From an uncultured delta proteobacterium (GTDB lineage: Bacteria; Myxococcota_A; Polyangia; Polyangiales; Polyangiaceae), in NCBI GenBank assembly GCA_963782055.1, contig CAWAIF010000003.1, positions 4,288,001-4,352,000 of the forward strand: a stretch of DNA of 64,000 nucleotides, given 5' to 3'. Position 1 is the first letter of the stretch; each line of letters opens with the position of its first letter. A program made the position numbers and the translations under genes. This document shows positions 42,583 through 52,199 of this stretch, piece after piece. The notes under the pieces are model-generated. The model ran no database searches and was not told the origin of the DNA. It saw only the letters and a list, made by a program, of their open reading frames with translations.

Positions 42583-42685
42583 GGCAGACAGTTTTTGAGC
42601 CATTCACGCGGGGTCGCGGAAACGCGACCCCGCACTGTTTAACAGCGGCCTCGGAGAGCGATCTCCGGGGCCGTTGCGTTTCTCC
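42583..42685 (+). ncRNA. Candidate structured RNA or complex terminator
   Basis: AGACAGT/ACTGTTT stem enclosing an 11-bp GAAA hairpin, then a 15-bp GCGA hairpin with G-U pairs. Confidence 0.45.
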
Positions 42686-42709
42686 CCCACGTTTCCGCGA
42701 CCTTCGACG

Positions 42710-42865
42710 CTCGGCGAGGTCTCGCGCGACGAGCGCAACGAGTACCACGGCATCGCGGTCGAGCGCGTGAGCAAGATCCTCGACGCCCTCGGAGTGAGCC
42801 TCAAGAGCCAGTTCGAGCAGCCGATCGTGCGCGGCGACGACGATCGGCAGCGGCATGCGGGATGA
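42710..42865 (+). pseudogene. C-terminal fragment of an XRE/HTH_3 regulator
   Basis: VSRDERNEYHGIAVERVSKILDALGV; no N-terminal part or start codon. Confidence 0.6.
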
Positions 42866-43152
42866 CGTGCGTCCCACACGATGTCGAAGCTACCGGTGCC
42901 CGTCGCGGAGTGAAGACGCGCGGCGACGTCGATGCGCGACGTGCCCGGGAATCGAGAGCCCGATGATGAACGGGCCCGCCTTCGACACGCGGCGAGCTCG
43001 AAATGGTGATTCTTGAATCGCCAGCGGCAGCGCGGTGAACGCCACTCCCGACGTGGCGACGCCATCGAGAAATCGTTGCACGACGTCTTTGAGAAATGCC
43101 TGACCGGGCCTACTGGACGGAGATTCTCGTTCAGCGTAAGCCAAGCGCCTCC

Positions 43153-44439
43153 GTGGCGACCAAGCGACGCAGCCCGAAGCTCCCTGCTCCCGCGAATGAC
43201 GTCGAGCTCGCCCCGCCGCGCTCCGCGAAGGCGGCGGTCCACGCGTGGGCGTTCCGCGCGCGCTTCCGTCGCGACGCGTTCGGCTGGAAGTCGCAGCCGG
43301 CGATCACGCGCGTCCGCCAGGCCGTCGCCGAGATCAAGAAGGTCGCCAAGAAGGAGCCGCTCGTCGCCGCCGAGGGCGCCGTGCTCTTCCTCGAGCGCGT
43401 CTCGCCGGCGTTGACGCACGTCGACAGCTCGTCCGGCGCGATCGGCTCCGCCGTGAACCACGCGATCGACGAGCTCACGCGCTTGATCGCCGAGGCGCCA
43501 GCCGACGCGAGGATCCGCGACGCGTGGCTCGAGCGCCTCTACGAGGCGCACCAGAACGACGACATCCCGTACATCGAGGCGCTGGCCGACCACTGGGGCG
43601 AGCTGTGCGTCACGAAGGAGATCGCATCGCGCTGGGCGGATCGCCTCATCGGCATCACGTCGAGCGCCCTCTCCCCCGACCCGGAGATGCGCGGCCACTA
43701 TCACGGCACCACGATGTGCCTCACAGCGCTCTACCGCGCCGAGCGGTTCGATGAGCTGCTCACGCTGCTCGAGCACGAGAAGTTCTGGCCGTACAAGCGC
43801 TGGTCTGTGAGGGCGCTCGCGGCGCTCGGCAAGAAGTCCGAGGCGCTCGCGCTGGCAGAGGCGTTGCGCGGGCCTTGGACGAACGAGGCGGACGTGGCGC
43901 GCCTCTGCGAGGAGATCCTGCTGTCGTCGGGGCTCGTAGACGAGGCGTTCGAGCGCTACGCGGCCGACGCGAACCGCGCGGGGACATACCTCGCGACCTA
44001 CCGCGCGGTGGCGAAGAAGTACCCGACGAAGTCGGAAGAAGACGTGCTCGCGCGGCTCGTCGCGTCGACGCCCGGCGACGAGGGCAAGTGGTTCGCGGCC
44101 GCGAAGGACGCCGGGCTCTTCGCCGAGGCGATCGCGCTGGCACGGCGGACCCCAACCGATCCGCGCACCTTGGCGCGGGCGGCACGCGATCATGCCGACG
44201 AGCAGCCGGCGTTCGCGCTGGAGGCCGGCCTCGTGGCCCTCGAGTGGCTGGCGCTAGGCTACGGGTACGAAGTGACCGGTGCCGATGTGTGGGCTGCGTA
44301 CCTCCCCGCGAAGTCCGTGGCGGAGCGCGCCGACGCGACCGCGGCGCTGCGTTCACGCGTCCGCGAGATCGCGGCGCGGTATCGCGACGGGAAGAACCTC
44401 GTCGCCGAGGTGCTGCGTGGCGAGCTGCACGACGCGTGA
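43153..44439 (+). CDS. Alpha-helical hypothetical protein
   Basis: WAFRARFRRDAFGWKSQPAI, VDSSSGAIG, PGDEGKWFAAAK; long intact ORF. Confidence 0.8.
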   Translation: MATKRRSPKLPAPANDVELAPPRSAKAAVHAWAFRARFRRDAFGWKSQPAITRVRQAVAEIKKVAKKEPLVAAEGAVLFLERVSPALTHVDSSSGAIGSAVNHAIDELTRLIAEAPADARIRDAWLERLYEAHQNDDIPYIEALADHWGELCVTKEIASRWADRLIGITSSALSPDPEMRGHYHGTTMCLTALYRAERFDELLTLLEHEKFWPYKRWSVRALAALGKKSEALALAEALRGPWTNEADVARLCEEILLSSGLVDEAFERYAADANRAGTYLATYRAVAKKYPTKSEEDVLARLVASTPGDEGKWFAAAKDAGLFAEAIALARRTPTDPRTLARAARDHADEQPAFALEAGLVALEWLALGYGYEVTGADVWAAYLPAKSVAERADATAALRSRVREIAARYRDGKNLVAEVLRGELHDA

Positions 44440-44497
44440 TCAGGCGGAGGCCGACGCGGACATCGAGAGCACGCTCCTGCACGCCTCCGTCGTCGGC

Positions 44498-44935
44498 ATG
44501 GACGAAGGCGATCTCCGCGTGCTCGCCCTGGCGCTCGCAATGCTGCGTAGTGAGGGGCCCTCCGCTGGGATTGGTGAGGCGCTGGTGACTGGCTTCGCCG
44601 CCAATCGGTATGTCGCGCCCATGCTCCTCGGAGAGAGCTGGGAGCGTCTCGACGCGTTCCACGGCACCAACATGGCTGAGCCCGAGTGGGCACACGACGT
44701 CATCGCCGCGCACGCCGACCTCTGGCAAGCGGTTGCGCGCGGCGCCGAGCTGCTCCGCTTCTGGTGGATGGCTCCCCCGATCGCGACCTGGCGACGCAAA
44801 CTCGACGAGATCATGGTCCGTCTCGGGGACCTGCCAGCCTCGGGCGAGCGCTCGGCGTTGGTCTCCGAGTGGGCCGCCCTGCGGTCAGAGGTAGCGATTC
44901 GCGACCTGGTGCGGACCGTACGAACGGCATCCTAG
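44498..44935 (+). CDS. Hypothetical protein, possibly 5'-truncated
   Basis: Protein-like composition; start uncertain. Confidence 0.45.
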   Translation: MDEGDLRVLALALAMLRSEGPSAGIGEALVTGFAANRYVAPMLLGESWERLDAFHGTNMAEPEWAHDVIAAHADLWQAVARGAELLRFWWMAPPIATWRRKLDEIMVRLGDLPASGERSALVSEWAALRSEVAIRDLVRTVRTAS

Positions 44936-45153
44936 CCGGGCCGGCGCTCGCCACGTCACCGCCGCACGCTTCTCGGTCAGGGAGGCGACCCCGGTGGACC
45001 GGCTATAGGCCGTCCCGGACGGCGTCTTCGTCGTCGTCAGCTGGCGCTCATCGAGGTCGTCGTCGTCCTTCCGTGCCGATTCAGATCACGGTAGAACAGG
45101 CCGCGCACATCGAGTTGCTCCGCTTGGCGACGGGGCGAGGACCGCGGGCGACT

Positions 45154-45655
45154 ATGGCTGCGAAGAAGAAGTCAGCGGGGGCCGAGTGGGTGGGGGGCCT
45201 CGCGGCGATGCCGGCATACGTGACCGGCGAGGGCGAGCCTTATCGACCGGAGGTGCTCCTCTGGATCAGCGGGGATGGCCTCGTCCTCGGGACGACGACG
45301 GCGAAGCCCGGCGAGGTTGTCGGCGCTGCGGCCGAGCACCTGCGAAGCACGATCGAGCGACCGATGATCGGCCGTCCCCATGCGCCCACGCGTGTGGCTC
45401 GAGGCGGCGCTCTCCGACTCGAGCAACTTCGGGATGGCGAAATCAGCCTTCATGGCGGGGCGCGATGCCGGCTTCGACATGGAGTCGAAGGAGGGGCTCG
45501 AGGCGTGGATGCGCGCGATGCAGTCGAGGCCACTGCCCGCATCGGTCGGGTTCCCCTCGTTTGGCGCAGCGGCGCGCCCCATCGCTCCCGCTGCCGCGCG
45601 CGCGAAGAAGAACCAACGAAAGGCTGCTCGCAAGGCGCGCAAGAGGAACCGATGA
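45154..45655 (+). pseudogene. Hypothetical protein with probable internal deletion/frame change near 45393
   Basis: N-part MAAKKK...GRPHAPTRV in one frame; C-part LEAALSDSSNFGMAKSAFMAGRDAGFDM...RKARKRNR in another. Confidence 0.55.
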
Positions 45656-46449
45656 AGCAGTCGAAGAAGGCCTGGCACGCCCTCCTCCCTGGCGGGCTGT
45701 CTCCCGCCGCGTTCTCGCTCGACGAGCTTCGCGCAGCGAAGGGCGCGCACGCGTTCCTGACGGAGGACATCCCGGGGCCCAAAGACATCGCCCAGGCGAT
45801 CCGCGCGTTCCGCTACCTCATGTTCTTCGGGATCGGCTGCGTCGCGGAGGACAAGTACCCGCCGCTCACCCGCTGCTGGCGGGAGCTCGAGTCGTTCTTC
45901 ATGGGCGATGCGGCCTTCGACGACGGCGTCTTCGTCCAGAGCTGGGCACTCTTGGACTTCCCCTTCGGTCCCAAGGGCGAGACGGCGCTCGACTACTTCC
46001 AGCAGTTCCTGAGCGGCACCGAGGGCGCTGAGCGCTGGCAGCCGTTCATCGCTGCGGCGCGCACGAGCCGTCTCGGGCTGTACCAGGACGTGAAGCGGAC
46101 GAAGACCACCGGTACGTTCCGCGAGCTCTTCACAGGACGCGATCTCTCGGTGTTCCGATCCGTCGAGGACTATGGCCCCGGAGAGATCTTCCTGACGCGC
46201 CTGATGAGGGCCGGCGAGCACACGTTCATGTTCGGCAACCCGAAGTGCTTCCCGCGCGATCGCAGGCGTCAGATCGAAGAATTGGTCCGCGACAAGATGT
46301 GCTTCTTCGAGCCCGCACCGATACCGGCCGCGTACGAGACGTTCATGAAGCTCGCGGGGCCGTACTGGATGTCGTGCGTCACGTCGGACCAAGACGCTCC
46401 GATCCTCGACCCGGATCACCACCGAACGTACCTCGCGCCCAAGTCGTGA
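45652..46449 (+). CDS. Hypothetical protein, possible distant relative of 38300-39184
   Basis: ATGA-coupled; SWALLDFPFG..GET...SRLGLY...FRELFTG resembles CWAFFNAAVG..RET...SCMRVY...LRDLVSG. Confidence 0.7.
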   Translation: MKQSKKAWHALLPGGLSPAAFSLDELRAAKGAHAFLTEDIPGPKDIAQAIRAFRYLMFFGIGCVAEDKYPPLTRCWRELESFFMGDAAFDDGVFVQSWALLDFPFGPKGETALDYFQQFLSGTEGAERWQPFIAAARTSRLGLYQDVKRTKTTGTFRELFTGRDLSVFRSVEDYGPGEIFLTRLMRAGEHTFMFGNPKCFPRDRRRQIEELVRDKMCFFEPAPIPAAYETFMKLAGPYWMSCVTSDQDAPILDPDHHRTYLAPKS

Positions 46450-46454
46450 GCGCT

Positions 46455-46720
46455 GCGCGGTCTCGGCGACATAGCCGAGCGGCAGTTGGCCGGCGACGCG
46501 GAGCCCACGTGCGCGTCGTGCGGCGCGCGGATCTCGAAGGCGCTCGGCGATCATGTCGCGCTCGAACTCCGCGAAGATCGCGAGCGTGTTGAGGCGCAGC
46601 TGCGTGATCGCGTCGTTGGTGCCGTGGAGATCGCCCTGGACGACGCTGATCGCGACTCCGTGGGCGCGGAACGCGTGCTGGATGCGCGCCCAGCCACTCG
46701 CGCGATGCACTACTAACCAG
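46455..46720 (-). pseudogene. Third serine recombinase remnant
   Basis: QLRLNTLAIFAEFERDMIAERLRD...GLRVAGQLPLGY. Confidence 0.8.
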
Positions 46721-47019
46721 CAGGTCGCTCCAAAGGCAGACCGTATTTGAGCCAGTTCATCGGTCGTGCGCGTGGACAGCGTTCGCGCTCTCTTGGCCAG
46801 CGGGGAGACTCTGCGCACCGTGCAGCGACGGCTGCACAAGCTGGTCAGCGACGGGTGCTCGCCAAGGGGGGGCCGCGGGGAAACGCGGTCTACACGCTGG
46901 CCGGGCGAGATGAAAGCGGGGGATCGGCGGGACGGCGCGAGCGCAGAGAGGGCGTCCCGCGGTCGAGCGGAAAGACTCGCCCTGTCGCGCGGCGTCCAGG
47001 AAACGTGGCTCGCGTTCGA

Positions 47020-47655
47020 CTACCCGCCGAGCTGCACGGCCTTGCCGACGAACGTCGGCGACTCGCACGCCTCGACCATGAAGTCGGCGACGTCGGCGCG
47101 GGAGATCGCCAACGGCACGCTGACCAGCTCCGTCGTGCGCACGTACTTCCCCTTCGCCTTGCCGTTGGTCAGCCGCGTGGGGCGCGCGATGACGAAGTCG
47201 AGGCCGCTCTCGCGCGTCATGCGCTCCTGGACGTCGTGATCGAGGAAGACGCCCTTCAGGAGAAGGTCGATGAGGAACGTCCTCTGCAACCAGCTCGCCG
47301 CGAGCTTGCTCTCTCCGACGCCGTGCGCGGTGAGAACGACCAGGCGCTTCACGCCGTGCTCCTTCATCGCGTCGATGCAGTTCTTGGTGCCGCGCGAGAA
47401 GTAGTCGGGCTTGTCCTTGATCGTGCCCAGCGAGCTCGGCGACGCGGAGATGATCACGGCGTCGTGACCGGCCACCGCGGCGCGCACCGAGGCCGCGTCG
47501 TGGAAGTCCCCCGCGACCTTCGTCAGCGCGGGGTGCGCGAGGTCGAGCTTGGCGGGCGTGCGCGAGAAGGCGGTCACCGAGTGCCCCTTCGCGAGCGCTG
47601 ACCCGACGCAGTGGGCGCCGGTTCCCTGCGAGGCGCCCAGGACGAGGATCTTCAT
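47020..47655 (-). CDS. NAD(P)H-binding oxidoreductase (atypical SDR / flavin-reductase-like)
   Basis: MKILVLGASQGTG, FVIARPTRL, ISRADVADF. Confidence 0.88.
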   Translation of the reverse strand: MKILVLGASQGTGAHCVGSALAKGHSVTAFSRTPAKLDLAHPALTKVAGDFHDAASVRAAVAGHDAVIISASPSSLGTIKDKPDYFSRGTKNCIDAMKEHGVKRLVVLTAHGVGESKLAASWLQRTFLIDLLLKGVFLDHDVQERMTRESGLDFVIARPTRLTNGKAKGKYVRTTELVSVPLAISRADVADFMVEACESPTFVGKAVQLGG

Positions 47656-47697
47656 GCGCGCACCATACACGGCCGCGGCGGGACGCTCGACCGCCGG

Positions 47698-48621
47698 TCA
47701 GTTCGGGTTGATGGTCCCGCCGCCGTCGGCGCAGCCGTCCGCGGACTGCTGGATCGCCGCGAGCGCGGCGATGAAGGCGTCGGGGTTGCCGTCGCCGACG
47801 TTCCAGTGCCGGCAGGGGCTGGGGCTCTTGCCGCACGCGCCCGTCAGCTTGCCGACGGTGTCGGGGTGCAGCGGCGCGTTGCCGCCCTGCGCGAGCTTCT
47901 CCAGGTTGGCGTCGTTCGCGCCGGTCATCCCGATGACGTACGTCCGCAAGCTCGTCGCGGTGTAGTGCGCCTGCAGGAGGTTGGAGAGATCAGTGAGGTT
48001 GGTGTCGCACTTCACCGGCGCGCCGTCGGTCACCAGCATGCCGATGGTCACGCGGCCGCCCCGCCGGTTGCCGGCGGTGAAGGCGGTCAGGCCGCGGATG
48101 GCTGCCTCGGTCGGCGTGATGCAGGGGGTGCTGTCCGTCGTCGCGTTGAGCAGCGCGTCGAGGGACTTGGTCGGCAGCGTGGTGTACGCGGGCGGCGGCG
48201 TGGGCGCGGCGGCGACGTCGTAGCCGGCGCCGGTCGTGCAGGACGCGGCGGTGTGGTTCACCAGCGGGAAGAACTGGAGCGCCACCGCGTTGCCCGCCGC
48301 GCTCGGCGAGTTGAAGTAGCCGGAGAGCGCGTTGACGGCGTGGCACCACTTCGAGCTGGTCGCGTCGCCGATGTTGCAGTCCTTCCCCATGCTGCAGGAG
48401 CGATCGAGCATGATGTACATGTCGACCGGCGCGTAGCACCCGCTCCCGTCGCCGCCCGCGTCCGTGGCGCCGTCGGCGGCGGCGCCGTCGCCGAAGGGGT
48501 TGGTCGTGGCGTCGTCGGGGCCGCCGCCGTCGATGCCGTTGCCGCCGTCATCCCCGGTGCTCCCGCACGCGCAGAGCCCCACGACCGCGATCGTCATCAA
48601 CCAGGCAGGGAGCGTCTTCAC
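47698..48621 (-). CDS. vWA-domain lipoprotein
   Basis: Lipobox LCAC; MIDAS DRSCSM, TPT, LVTDG, TYVIG. Confidence 0.85.
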   Translation of the reverse strand: MKTLPAWLMTIAVVGLCACGSTGDDGGNGIDGGGPDDATTNPFGDGAAADGATDAGGDGSGCYAPVDMYIMLDRSCSMGKDCNIGDATSSKWCHAVNALSGYFNSPSAAGNAVALQFFPLVNHTAASCTTGAGYDVAAAPTPPPAYTTLPTKSLDALLNATTDSTPCITPTEAAIRGLTAFTAGNRRGGRVTIGMLVTDGAPVKCDTNLTDLSNLLQAHYTATSLRTYVIGMTGANDANLEKLAQGGNAPLHPDTVGKLTGACGKSPSPCRHWNVGDGNPDAFIAALAAIQQSADGCADGGGTINPN

Positions 48622-48747
48622 GGGGCACCTCGTTCGGGGCGTTGCGTGACGAGAGTACCACGGACGCGCCGGGCGACGCCCTGCAAGGGCCCCCCCGACG
48701 GCCTGGACGAGGGAAGGGAGCCGGGGCACACTCGGCTCCTCGACCGC

Positions 48748-50037
48748 ATGAGCAAGCGACGGCGCCAGGGGAGCGACAAGTGCCGCAACTGCGGTGCCGA
48801 GATGACGGCCGTCCCCGCCCCGTCAGTCCTCGGCGGGTTCGACGTCGTCTGCGCCTACTGCGGCCATCGCGATCACATCGACGCCAATCCGCCGGCTGCC
48901 GCTCAGCCACCACGCGCCCCCCGGCCACCGCGCCCGGCGATCCCGCAGGGCGAGCCGGCGCCCCGCCCGGTCCGGAGCACCCCTCGCGCGCCGCTGATCA
49001 TCATCCTCGCGGGCGTGGCGATCGTGAGCGTCGCGCTGTTCTTCGTCAGCCGCAAGACGGCGGCGATCACCTCCAGCAACGCCTGGGACTCCGCTCCGAT
49101 CGTCGCGGCCATCGCCGGCAACGAGGCGATCGTCGGCCGTCTGCGGCAGACGGGCTCGAAGGACGCGCTCTTCGTCGCCGCGTTCGACGCGACGACGTTC
49201 GCGCAGCGCTGGAAGGCGGGGCCCTTCGGCAGCTACCACGACGGCAACGTCTACACGAACGTCACCGTCGCCGGCTCGCACGTCGTCGTCACCGATCTCC
49301 ACGCGAAGGTCCACGTCCTGGACCTGCAGACCGGCAAGGAGCAGCGCGTCGTCTCTCTCACCGACAAGGTGGAGGCCGATCTGGACAGCGAGATGCGGAT
49401 CGAGCGGAGCATCTGCCCCGCGGACGCCGAGCACGTCTGGCTGGCGCAGATCGACAAGCGGACGGTGCTCGTCGACCTCACCTCCGGCGGCGTCGCCGAC
49501 GCGCCGCGACCGAAGGCGTGCGACCGCGGCTTCGTCCAGACGCGGAACCTCGCGGGCGTGAGCGACACCTACGCGCTCGGCGCCTCCTTCGAGTGGGACG
49601 AACCGCACTTCACCGCGGACAGCATCCCCTTCGAGGCGAAGAGCATGTTCGTGGTGCTCGGCAAGAAGACGCCCGGCACGCCCACGCCGATGGTCGCCGG
49701 CGTCGACAAGAAGGATCGCGCCGTCCGCTGGCAGGTGCCGCTGGCCGCCGTGGACGCCGCGACGGTGCGCGACGGCTCCGCGAAGAAGAGCCGGGCCGCG
49801 GTGTGCGGCGACCGGTTCATCGGGTCGTACGGCGTCGGCGACAAGGGCTGGCACATGACCGCGCTCGACGCCACGAGCGGCGCGCGGCAGTGGGACGTCG
49901 TGATCGCGCCCCGCTCCGGGAGCAGCTCGGTCGGGACGGTCGTCTGCTCGCCGGCGCGCGTGTACGTGGTGCGGAAGCGCGGGGTGGACGTGCTGGACGC
50001 GTCGACCGGAAAGGCCCTGGGCACCGTCACCCCGTGA
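48748..50037 (+). CDS. Zn-ribbon + TM + PQQ-like beta-propeller protein
   Basis: CRNCGA...CAYCG; Pro linker; TM helix; repeats such as LDLQTGKE and ALDATSGARQW. Confidence 0.78.
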   Translation: MSKRRRQGSDKCRNCGAEMTAVPAPSVLGGFDVVCAYCGHRDHIDANPPAAAQPPRAPRPPRPAIPQGEPAPRPVRSTPRAPLIIILAGVAIVSVALFFVSRKTAAITSSNAWDSAPIVAAIAGNEAIVGRLRQTGSKDALFVAAFDATTFAQRWKAGPFGSYHDGNVYTNVTVAGSHVVVTDLHAKVHVLDLQTGKEQRVVSLTDKVEADLDSEMRIERSICPADAEHVWLAQIDKRTVLVDLTSGGVADAPRPKACDRGFVQTRNLAGVSDTYALGASFEWDEPHFTADSIPFEAKSMFVVLGKKTPGTPTPMVAGVDKKDRAVRWQVPLAAVDAATVRDGSAKKSRAAVCGDRFIGSYGVGDKGWHMTALDATSGARQWDVVIAPRSGSSSVGTVVCSPARVYVVRKRGVDVLDASTGKALGTVTP

Positions 50038-50076
50038 GTGGTCCTTCCCCGGCGGGCGCTGCTGTACAGTCGTCCG

Positions 50077-50250
50077 GTGGCGCGCACCGACCGCGGGATC
50101 TACGAGACGCTGATCACCGGGGCGCTCGACGCCGAGCTCGGCGCCCTCGGGGACCGCCTGGAGGCGCGCCGCTCGCCCCTCCACGAGGCGGAGGCCGCCG
50201 ACCGGATCGCGCTCCACCTCTCGCGCGTCCTCGAGCGGGCGGTCGCGTAG
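50077..50250 (+). pseudogene. N-terminal fragment resembling DUF3427-type PLD/helicase proteins
   Basis: GIYETLITGALDAEL...LHEAEAADRIALHLSRVLERA followed by a stop. Confidence 0.5.
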
Positions 50251-50304
50251 CGCGGGACTCGTGCGCCCGTCGGACTTTGCTGGTGTCGGCCCCGGCTACC
50301 GTCG

Positions 50305-51090
50305 TCACGCCTTCGTGAGCCCGTCCCACCACGAGGCCGCCATCTCGACGAACGCGTCGCGCGCCTCGGGCATGTCCTCGAACCCCGGGTAGGCGTTCAC
50401 CTCGAGCAGGACCGCGCCTTCCTCGTTCACGATGTAGTCGACGCCGGCGATGGCGAGGCCGAGCTTCTCGGTGGTACGTCGCGCGCGCGCCACCAGACGC
50501 GCGTCCTCCTCGACCGTCGTGACCGTGGCCCTCACGTTCTTCCGCCAGTCCGCGCTCTCGTAGTGAAGCTGCCACGCGCGCTCGCCGACGATCAGGACTC
50601 GCACGCTGCGACCCTCGACGAACGGCTCGATGACCGCGTCGCTGGCCATCTCGACCGAGCCGGTCACGCGCTCCTTGTCCTCACCACAATGCCGGTTTCC
50701 CCACTTCACGACGTGCTCCCGGTCCACCTTCAGCGGCGTGCCGCGCGGTACGAAGCCGCGACCCGGGCCGGGCTCGTCGGCCCGCGCCGCGAGCATCAGG
50801 GCCATGGCCCGCTCGTCCAGCGGCAAGGTCGCCCGGACATCGGGGAGCGTCGGCGTCGCGCCGAGGGCAAGGGCCCGCCGCGCCGGACCTGCGTCGTCGA
50901 AGTACCCGTAGAACACGACCCCGCGGGGCTCGAGCCACCGACCGACCACGCTCGCGCTCTCGACGAGAACGCGGCCATCGACGGAGTACAGCCGCGGCAC
51001 GGCCGGGTAGGCGACCAGGCGCGCGTCCACGCGCCCGCGCAGCTGCTCCACCACGTCGGCGTCCAGGCCGACGGCGACGAGTAGGTCCAT
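50305..51090 (-). CDS. ATP-grasp (RimK-like) protein
   Basis: VVKWG, IEPFVEG, VRVLIVG, DWRKNV, AGVDYI, LLEVNAYPG. Confidence 0.8.
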   Translation of the reverse strand: MDLLVAVGLDADVVEQLRGRVDARLVAYPAVPRLYSVDGRVLVESASVVGRWLEPRGVVFYGYFDDAGPARRALALGATPTLPDVRATLPLDERAMALMLAARADEPGPGRGFVPRGTPLKVDREHVVKWGNRHCGEDKERVTGSVEMASDAVIEPFVEGRSVRVLIVGERAWQLHYESADWRKNVRATVTTVEEDARLVARARRTTEKLGLAIAGVDYIVNEEGAVLLEVNAYPGFEDMPEARDAFVEMAASWWDGLTKA

Positions 51091-51176
51091 GCCGGGAGCT
51101 TACCCAAGACGGATGGCCGGGTCCCTGGTGGACCACGTCACCTGAAACGGACGCCCCGGCGTGTCATGCTCTAAGC

Positions 51177-52169
51177 ATGGGCCGACCGACCGTGCTCGCG
51201 CTCTCGACGGGCCTCCTGCTTGCTCTCCTTGCTTGCAGCGCTCCGGCCACGTCCAGCCGACCCGCTGCGCCCTACCCTCCCGCGCCGACCGGCGCCGTGG
51301 TCCTGCGGGTCTGGCAGCCGACGCACGTGGTGACCGACGGCACGTACCTGTACGTGACCGCCGCCAGCACCGGGCCGGGGCGCGTGGAGCGATGCGGACT
51401 GGACGGCAGCGATCCGGTCACCCTCGCGACCGCGGCCGAGCCCTGGGGCCTCGCGCTGGACGGAGACCACGTCTACTGGTCGGAGCAGACCCCGAAGAAC
51501 GGACTGCGTCGCGTGCTGAAGTCGGGCGGCGCGCCGGAGACCCTGGCGACCGATAGCGATTGGCGCTCGGAGGTCGCGGTCGACGACAGCCGCGTCTACT
51601 GGGTGGGCTCCTCGGGCGCGGTGATGGCCGTGCCGAAGGACGCGCCGGCCAGCTCGCCCACGGTGCTGGTCGACCAGCACGCCGTGGTGGGCGGCATCGC
51701 GCTGGACGCCACGGACGTGTACTGGACCGACGCCGACTCCGCCGGCGGCGCGCGCGCGCTCGGCCGCGTCTCCAAGGCCGGCGGCCCGGCGGAGACCGTC
51801 CTCGCCGGCTACACCTTCCTCGGCATGACGCCCACCTCCGACGGCGCGAGCGTGTACCTCGGCGTACTGGACACCACGACGACGGCGCACCCCACGCGCA
51901 TCCTGCGGCTCGACACGAGCACGGCCGCCGTCACGCAGCTCGGAGAGAGCACCCTCGCCGGCGCCTTCTTCTCCGACGGCCAGTACGTCTACTGGACCGA
52001 CGACGAGTGGGGTGTGCTCGCGGTGCCCGCCGGCGGCGGCAAGACCGTGCGCCTCGCGTCCAACGCGCCGGGCGCCTCCCCGGGCGGGCTCACCGTGTCG
52101 AAGGGCGTCGTGTACTGGGCGTCGAGCGACGGCACCATCCGCTCCGTCCGCGGCCCGGCCGCGCCCTGA
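51177..52169 (+). CDS. Beta-propeller lipoprotein (xDxxxVYW repeats)
   Basis: Lipobox LLAC; repeats ALDGDHVYW, AVDDSRVYW, ALDATDVYW. Confidence 0.82.
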   Translation: MGRPTVLALSTGLLLALLACSAPATSSRPAAPYPPAPTGAVVLRVWQPTHVVTDGTYLYVTAASTGPGRVERCGLDGSDPVTLATAAEPWGLALDGDHVYWSEQTPKNGLRRVLKSGGAPETLATDSDWRSEVAVDDSRVYWVGSSGAVMAVPKDAPASSPTVLVDQHAVVGGIALDATDVYWTDADSAGGARALGRVSKAGGPAETVLAGYTFLGMTPTSDGASVYLGVLDTTTTAHPTRILRLDTSTAAVTQLGESTLAGAFFSDGQYVYWTDDEWGVLAVPAGGGKTVRLASNAPGASPGGLTVSKGVVYWASSDGTIRSVRGPAAP

Positions 52170-52199
52170 GGGCTCGATCGTCGCGAAGGGGGCAGGCCT

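Noticed and set aside
46750..46913. Possible wHTH fragment (TLRTVQRRLHKLVSDG...GNAVYTL)
   Set aside because: Short, needs a frame change and has no start; too weak to annotate
46700..47020. Classical attR duplicating the tRNA-Asn 3' end
   Set aside because: No copy of GTTCGAGTCCTGCAGCCGGAGCCA seen by eye, and no tyrosine integrase is present
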